This document shows positions 58,389 to 64,000 of a stretch of 64,000 nt of DNA, piece by piece. Both the position numbers and the translations under genes were made by a program. The notes under the pieces were generated by a model. The model was given only the letters and a program-made list of their open reading frames with translations. It was not told where the DNA came from and searched no databases. This DNA comes from Alphaproteobacteria bacterium (GTDB taxonomy: Bacteria > Pseudomonadota > Alphaproteobacteria > GCA-2731375). The stretch is taken from NCBI GenBank assembly GCA_965232515.1, contig CBDDPY010000002.1, positions 4,672,001-4,736,000 on the forward strand, in the 5' to 3' direction. The first letter of the stretch is position 1. Each line of letters opens with the position of its first letter.

Positions 58389-59597
58389 CTATTCGTGACG
58401 CAGCGCCGCGATGGGATCCAGGTTCGCGGCGCGGCGCGCCGGCAGATAGCCGAAGGCCACGCCCACCGCGGCCGAGAACAGGAAGGCGGCCACGACGACC
58501 CAGAAATCCAGCACGAACGGCAGATCGAAGGCATTGGTCATGATCAGAGAGGCGACGATCGCCAGCGCGATGCCGAGCACGCCGCCGAGCGACGACATCA
58601 CCACCGCCTCTATCAGGAACTGCATCAGGACTTCCCGCTGCAGGGCGCCGATGGCCAGGCGAATCCCGATCTCGCGGGTCCGCTCGGTGACGGACACCAG
58701 CATGATGTTCATGATGCCGACGCCACCCACCACCAGGCTGACGGCGGCGACGGCGCCCAGCAGGGCGGTCAGCACATTCGCGGCGCCGGCGACGGTATTG
58801 GCGATCTCCTTCATATCCAGGACGAAGAAGTCGTCATCCTCAAGGGCGGTGATATGGCGGCGTTCCCGCAAAAGATGCTCGATCTCCCGGCGCGCCGCCT
58901 CGGTCGATGCGCCCTCCCGGATCGCAATACGGATCGAGCTAATGTCCAGGTTGCCGGCGATACGGCGCTGGAACATGCGCAGCGGCACCAGGATCAGATC
59001 GTCCTGATCGGCGCCCATCGTTGACTGGCCCTTCGCCGTCAGCACCCCGATCACCTGGCACGACAGCCGTTGCAGCCGGATCCGAGCGCTCACCGGGTCC
59101 TGCGCACCGAACAGCTCGTTCCTCACCGTCGCGCCGATAATGCATGCGGCCTTGCCGGATCGCAGCTCGCCGATATGGAACGCCCGGCCGCTTTCAAGCC
59201 GCCAGTTCTGCGCCTGCAGATAGGCGTTGGTGGTCCCGGTGACGGATGTGCCCCAGTTCTCGGTGCCGTAGATGGCGACCGTGGCGCGCGAGGCCGAAGG
59301 CGCGACGGCATTAGCGGACGTGATTTGCTGCGCGATCGCCTCGACATCGGCCAGGTCGAAGGCATCGGCACCGAAAGAGGACCGGCCAGGCCCCCGTCGC
59401 TGACCCGGCACGGCGATCAGGAGGTTGCTGCCCAGCTTCTCGATATCGGACGTGACCTTGACCGTCGCCCCGCTGCCGACCGTGACCATGACGATGACCG
59501 CGGCGACACCGATGACGATCCCCAGCATGGTCAGGAACGATCGCACGGCATTGCGGCGGATTTCCCGCAGCGCGATCAGCAGGGCGTTTCCCAGCAT
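58389..59597 (-). CDS. MacB-type ABC transporter permease
   Basis: RSFLTMLGIVIGVAAV, GGVGIMNIMLVSVTERTREIGIR and PARRAANLDPI motifs. Confidence 0.93.
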   Translation of the reverse strand: MLGNALLIALREIRRNAVRSFLTMLGIVIGVAAVIVMVTVGSGATVKVTSDIEKLGSNLLIAVPGQRRGPGRSSFGADAFDLADVEAIAQQITSANAVAPSASRATVAIYGTENWGTSVTGTTNAYLQAQNWRLESGRAFHIGELRSGKAACIIGATVRNELFGAQDPVSARIRLQRLSCQVIGVLTAKGQSTMGADQDDLILVPLRMFQRRIAGNLDISSIRIAIREGASTEAARREIEHLLRERRHITALEDDDFFVLDMKEIANTVAGAANVLTALLGAVAAVSLVVGGVGIMNIMLVSVTERTREIGIRLAIGALQREVLMQFLIEAVVMSSLGGVLGIALAIVASLIMTNAFDLPFVLDFWVVVAAFLFSAAVGVAFGYLPARRAANLDPIAALRHE

Positions 59598-60334
59598 CAG
59601 GCGGCCGCCGTGCGCCGCTCGTCGGCCTGAACCTGACCGTCGAGGAAACGCACGATGCGTTTCGCATAGGCGGCCATGTCTTCCTCGTGCGTGACCATGA
59701 CCACCGTGACGCCCTGCGTGCGATTGATGTCGACCAGCAACTGCAGAATTTCGTGGCTGCGCGCGGTGTCGAGATTGCCGGTCGGCTCGTCGGCGAACAG
59801 CACGCTGGGCCGGGTAACGATCGCCCGGGCGATCGCCACCCGTTGCTGCTGGCCGCCCGACAGCTCGGCCGGCGAATGGCCGTGCCGGTCCTTCAATCCG
59901 ACGGCCTCGAGCGCCGCCAGCGCGGCCGCGCGCCGGGCGCGCGCCCGCAGCCCGCGATAAAGCATTGGCAGCTCGACGTTTTCGACCGCCGATGCGCGGT
60001 TCAGCAGATGGTAGCCCTGGAACACGAAACCGAAATAGTACCGGCGCAACAGCGCCCGCTGGCGCTGCGACAGCCGGCAGACATCGACGCCCTTGAATTC
60101 GTAAATGCCCGTTGTCGCCGTATCGAGGCAGCCCAAGATGTTCATGCTGGTGGATTTGCCCGATCCGCTCGGCCCCATGACGGCGACGAACTCGCCATCG
60201 TCGATCCGCAGATCGACACCGGCCAGCGCCCGCACGGCGGCATCGTTGGCGCCATACACGCGGGTGACCCGCTCGAGCCGTATCAGCGGTTGCGCCGGCC
60301 GGACGCGCAGGCCGGTCGGCTCGATGCGCTTCAC
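59597..60334 (-). CDS. MacB/LolD-type ABC ATP-binding protein
   Basis: [23 protein letters not shown] and ADEPTGNLD motifs. Confidence 0.93.
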   Translation of the reverse strand: MKRIEPTGLRVRPAQPLIRLERVTRVYGANDAAVRALAGVDLRIDDGEFVAVMGPSGSGKSTSMNILGCLDTATTGIYEFKGVDVCRLSQRQRALLRRYYFGFVFQGYHLLNRASAVENVELPMLYRGLRARARRAAALAALEAVGLKDRHGHSPAELSGGQQQRVAIARAIVTRPSVLFADEPTGNLDTARSHEILQLLVDINRTQGVTVVMVTHEEDMAAYAKRIVRFLDGQVQADERRTAAA

Positions 60335-61650
60335 GGCGCGGTCCGGCCGGCGTCAATGATCAGTTGATCGCCGTCCTGCAGTTCGCCGGCGACGACCGCG
60401 GTCAGGCGGCCATCGCTGGCCCCGGTCCTGACCGATACGGGGACCGCCCGGTCAGCCCGCAGCACCCAGACCGTTTTCCAGCCGTCGGCCGCCGGTCTGG
60501 CAGCTTGGTCCTGGCTCGACGGCCGCGCCGCGTCCGCGCGTGGCCGCATCATTGCGAAAAGGCCGTTGCTTTCCGGCCTCGTCATCGACTCATCGGGTGT
60601 GAAGCGAAGCGCGGCGTTGGGCGCCAGCAGCGCGTCCTCGACCTTGCTTACCGTGATTTCCGCCGTCGCCGTCATGCCGGGCCGCAACGACAGCGCGGCA
60701 TTGTCGACGGCAAGCACCGCTTCGTAGCTCACGACGCCATCGACGGTCTGCGGCGCGAAGCGCATCTCGGTGATCGCCGCCGCGAAAGTCCGTGCCGGAT
60801 AGGCATCGACCGTGAAAAGCGCGCGCTGACCGACCGCGACCTCGCCGACATCGGCTTCATCGACGTCGACATGCAGCTGCATGCGTGTCAGGTCCTCGGC
60901 GATGGTGAACAGGTGCGGCGTCTGGTAGGTCGCGGCCACGGTCTGTCCCGGCTCGATCCGGCGGTCGAGGACGACGCCGTCGATCGGCGATCGGATCGTC
61001 GCCTTGGCCAGGTTGGTCTCGTCGCTCTGCAGTTGGGCCTGCGCCTCGCTGACTTCGGCGCGCGCCAGCGCCAACGTCGCCGTCGCCCGGTCGAAGGCGG
61101 CCTTGTCGATGTCCAGTTCGGTCTCGGATTTCCAGTTCTGGCTGACCAGTTGCGCCGTGCGCGCGTAGGCGCGTTCGGTCTCGGTGACGGTCGCCCGGGC
61201 CTGCAGCACCCTTGCCTCGGCCGCCGCCAGCAGCGCGCGCGACCGTTGAACCTGGGCCGTCAGCCGATCGCTGTCCAGTGTGGCGATGACTTGGCCGCTG
61301 GCGACCCGGTCGTTGTAGTCCGCGTTCACCGTCGCGATGATGCCCGACAGCTCGCTGCCGACCTCGACCTGATTGACCGCCTCCAGGTTGCCGGTCGCCG
61401 TCACGGTAACCGTCAGGTTGCCGCGCACGGCCGGCTGGGTCAGATAACCGGGATCGTCGCCGTCGGAGAAATGGCGCCATCCCGCAAGCGCGCCCAAAAT
61501 GGCGACGATCAGCGCCGCTGCGATCAGGAAGCGTCGACCAGGGCTCGCCCTGCCGCCGGCCGACTCCAGTTCCAGCCTGCGCGCGATCTCGGCATCGTCG
61601 GCCGCCCTGTCGCCGGAGTCGCCGACGCGCTGTCTCGCCTCGACATTCAT
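60331..61650 (-). CDS. MacA-type periplasmic adaptor subunit
   Basis: VEVGSELSG, IRSPIDGVV..GQTVAA, VDEADVG and LRPGMTA motifs. GGAGG RBS. Confidence 0.92.
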   Translation of the reverse strand: MNVEARQRVGDSGDRAADDAEIARRLELESAGGRASPGRRFLIAAALIVAILGALAGWRHFSDGDDPGYLTQPAVRGNLTVTVTATGNLEAVNQVEVGSELSGIIATVNADYNDRVASGQVIATLDSDRLTAQVQRSRALLAAAEARVLQARATVTETERAYARTAQLVSQNWKSETELDIDKAAFDRATATLALARAEVSEAQAQLQSDETNLAKATIRSPIDGVVLDRRIEPGQTVAATYQTPHLFTIAEDLTRMQLHVDVDEADVGEVAVGQRALFTVDAYPARTFAAAITEMRFAPQTVDGVVSYEAVLAVDNAALSLRPGMTATAEITVSKVEDALLAPNAALRFTPDESMTRPESNGLFAMMRPRADAARPSSQDQAARPAADGWKTVWVLRADRAVPVSVRTGASDGRLTAVVAGELQDGDQLIIDAGRTAP

Positions 61651-61887
61651 GCCCAATCCTCCATGCGGCGCCCAACATCTCCGGCCGCATACCCCATCAA
61701 TGCAGTTTGAACGTCGAAGCGTCCGTATTCCGGTGCTGGGATAGGCGGCCCCGGCCCGGGAAATCCGCCACTCCGCGTCGCAAATTCCTGATCATCGAAA
61801 AAACTTCCCGCTGGACGCCGGAAAGAGGGCTCGCGTGCCGTTTCAAGATCGGTCGATGGCGTGACGGCGCCGCAAAGGAGAACGCAA

Positions 61888-62322
61888 TTGAACCTGCCAA
61901 AGCTCGTGCTTGCCGCGATTGCCGCCTGCGCCATTCCGGGCGTCGCGGCTGCCGGCGATCTCGTCGGGTCCCGCGGATATGCGATGAATGACCTGTTTGT
62001 CGATCTCGACACGAACCAGAACGGCAAGGTCACGCGGGACGAGCTGTTGCAGCACAGCGCGCTGCGATTCCAGGAGACGGATATCAACGACGATGGCGCG
62101 CTGGATCCGGAGGAATTCATCGCCGCCATGCTGCGGCCGTATCGGGATCAGATCCGGCGCCGGTTCATGTTGTTCGATACTGATGGCAACGGCGTGATCT
62201 CCGAGGCCGAGCTCGCCCAGGTCATTGTCCGGCAGTATTCCCGCCTCGATGGCGATTGGGACGGCGGCATCACGCTGAACGAGCTACGGGCGGCGGCGCG
62301 ACCGCCCGGGCCCGGCAATTAG
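61888..62322 (+). CDS. Exported EF-hand protein (4 loops)
   Basis: Signal peptide. Loops DTNQNGKVTRDE, DINDDGALDPEE, DTDGNGVISEAE and DGDWDGGITLNE. AAGGAG RBS before TTG. Confidence 0.85.
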   Translation: MNLPKLVLAAIAACAIPGVAAAGDLVGSRGYAMNDLFVDLDTNQNGKVTRDELLQHSALRFQETDINDDGALDPEEFIAAMLRPYRDQIRRRFMLFDTDGNGVISEAELAQVIVRQYSRLDGDWDGGITLNELRAAARPPGPGN

Positions 62323-62396
62323 CCGCGCCGGCGCGTGACGGAAATCGCGGCCGCGATGGGGGTTCTTGCCGGCCGGATCCCCTAACATCGGCGGCG

Positions 62397-62960
62397 ATGG
62401 TGAGCGACAGGCAGGCAGATGCCGAGTTGATGCGCCGCGTCGCGGGCGGTGACGATGCCGCCTGCCGCCAATTGGTGGTCCAGCACGCGTCGCAGATGCT
62501 GGGGCTCGCCCATCGCATGCTCGGAGATCAGGCGTTCAGCGAAGACGTCGTCCAGGAGGCTTTTCTCCGGCTTTGGCGCCAGGCACGACGCTGGCGGCCG
62601 GATGCGCGGGTCGCGACCTGGCTCTATCGGGTGGTGCACAATCTGTGCATCGACGAGTTGCGGACGCGCCGGAAACTGTCGGACGAGGAGCCGCCGGACC
62701 GGGCCGATACGGCGGATGGACCGATGATGATCGAGCATCGCGGCCAGGTCGCGAGACAGGTCAACGCTGCCATCGCCGACCTGCCGCCGCGGCAGCGGGC
62801 GGCGATCACCCTGGTGTATCACCAGGAAATGAGCAACATCGAGGCGGCGGCGGTCATGGACGTAACGGTCGAAGCGCTGGAATCGCTTCTGGTGCGCGCG
62901 CGGCGAAAGTTGCGGCAACAGCTTATGGTCAAGAAGGAAGATCTGGTCGGGGAACCATAA
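62397..62960 (+). CDS. ECF RNA polymerase sigma factor
   Basis: DAELMRRVAGGD, EDVVQEAFLRLW, TWLYRV..NLCID and LPPRQRAA..ESLLVRARR motifs. Confidence 0.93.
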   Translation: MVSDRQADAELMRRVAGGDDAACRQLVVQHASQMLGLAHRMLGDQAFSEDVVQEAFLRLWRQARRWRPDARVATWLYRVVHNLCIDELRTRRKLSDEEPPDRADTADGPMMIEHRGQVARQVNAAIADLPPRQRAAITLVYHQEMSNIEAAAVMDVTVEALESLLVRARRKLRQQLMVKKEDLVGEP

Positions 62961-63370
62961 TGTCAGAGCGAAACGACATCACACCTGAACGTCTTCGCCA
63001 TCTTCTGGACGCCTATGGCGCCAATCCGTCGCGTTGGCCGCCGGGCGAGCGCGATGCCATGCGGACGTTGCTCGAGCGCTCGCCCGAACTGGTGTCGTGG
63101 CAACACCGGGCGGCGGAACTGGACGGGCTGTTGGACCAGGCCACCCTGCCGGCGGCCGATCGCGCATTTATAGACGGCTTGGCCGACGCCGCGGGCACGC
63201 CGGTCTGGCGGCAATGGACGGTGCTGATCTGGCCGTTCGGACCGATCTGGAAACCGGCGCTGGGTCTGACGATGGCGGCGCTGCTTGGCGCCGTGCTGGG
63301 TTACGTCACCACGTCGCCGACCGAGCTCGCGCAGATCTCCTTCGAGATCGAAAGCCTGATCCTGGGATGA
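62960..63370 (+). CDS. Putative anti-sigma factor (single TM)
   Basis: TAATG overlap with the sigma stop, LLDAYGANPSRWP motif, C-terminal TM segment. Confidence 0.75.
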   Translation: MSERNDITPERLRHLLDAYGANPSRWPPGERDAMRTLLERSPELVSWQHRAAELDGLLDQATLPAADRAFIDGLADAAGTPVWRQWTVLIWPFGPIWKPALGLTMAALLGAVLGYVTTSPTELAQISFEIESLILG

Positions 63371-63374
63371 TGCC

Positions 63375-63869
63375 ATGCGATTGACGCGCCGACTTTCGGT
63401 TCTCCTGATGATCTCCGTGGGGATCAACCTGTTTCTCGCCGGCATGCTGGTGACGCAGTGGCTGACCGCCGCGCCCATGGACATGGCCGGTCCGTTCAAC
63501 CGGCACGCCGCCGAAGCCGCGCTCTCGGACGAGCACCGCGAGGTCGTGCAACACATCTGGGCCGAGAACCACGCGGCCATGTTGGACCATCTGCGCAAGG
63601 CCCGTCGGGTGCGGCAGGACATCAAACGACAGCTCGACACCGAGACCTTCGACAAGGCGAAGCTGGAGCGGTCTTTTGCGACCCTGCGGGACATTATGGT
63701 GCCGGTCGGCACCGACATCTTCGCCACCGTTGTCGAGATCGCCGAGGCGCTGCCCGTCGAGGAGCGTCGGCGTTACTTCGCGACCGGGTTCGCGGGCGGG
63801 CGGCCCTTCTCGCCCGATCCACTTGACCGCGTCCAACCGCCGGCCGAATCCGGTCCGGTGCAGAACTAA
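63375..63869 (+). CDS. Periplasmic heavy-metal-sensor-like helical protein (CnrX/Spy-like)
   Basis: SVGINLFLAG anchor followed by a helical domain ending LPVEERR. Confidence 0.8.
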   Translation: MRLTRRLSVLLMISVGINLFLAGMLVTQWLTAAPMDMAGPFNRHAAEAALSDEHREVVQHIWAENHAAMLDHLRKARRVRQDIKRQLDTETFDKAKLERSFATLRDIMVPVGTDIFATVVEIAEALPVEERRRYFATGFAGGRPFSPDPLDRVQPPAESGPVQN

Positions 63870-64000
63870 TCGGCAGAGTCGACGACGGAATTTGCACGGT
63901 GTGACGTTCAAGCACCGGCGCCGCGACAGGGCGCCGTCTTGATACGGAGCCAGCCATGCCGGCACTCGACAGACGTCGCCTCGCCTGCGCGATCGCCATC

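Noticed and set aside
61888-62322. EF-hand protein as lanmodulin
   Set aside because: The loops lack the Pro at position 2 typical of lanmodulin and look like canonical Ca-binding EF hands.
1-64000. Numerous long antisense or alternate-frame ORFs rich in Arg, Pro and Ala
   Set aside because: Expected shadow ORFs in high-GC DNA that overlap well-supported genes.

Overview
GC-rich alphaproteobacterial (Rhodospirillales-like, by inference) chromosomal segment. It holds mostly ordinary metabolic and transport genes: egtBD ergothioneine synthesis, urtABCDE urea ABC transporter with a sigma54 promoter, ugpBAEC with a Pho box, nhaA, MscS, several MFS transporters, Rieske and LLM oxygenases, and a MacAB-type exporter beside an ECF sigma / anti-sigma / sensor module. 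The highlight is a hidden selenoprotein. Two ORF-track fragments (11082-11420 and 11442-11666) are one gene, 11136-11666, with an in-frame TGA in a U-G-S-C-T-S-C motif and a SECIS-like hairpin, coupled to an upstream CxxC thioredoxin-fusion protein. Other accessory features: a cluster of exported proteins (28-Gly-tail protein, Sel1-SH3-caspase, SH3-SHOCT protein, hydrolase); a two-partner secretion pair; a decayed prophage tail and lysis-like cassette (about 34.5-39.9 kb) followed by a lower-GC stretch; a degenerate ParA-PilZ fusion; two candidate sRNAs with pyrimidine-rich loops; three small ORFs below the track cutoff; a divergent paralog pair around a Fur-like box; and a repeated candidate ECF promoter motif. 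No tRNA, rRNA, CRISPR array, integrase or transposase was seen. All family calls come from motif recognition by eye, not from database searches.
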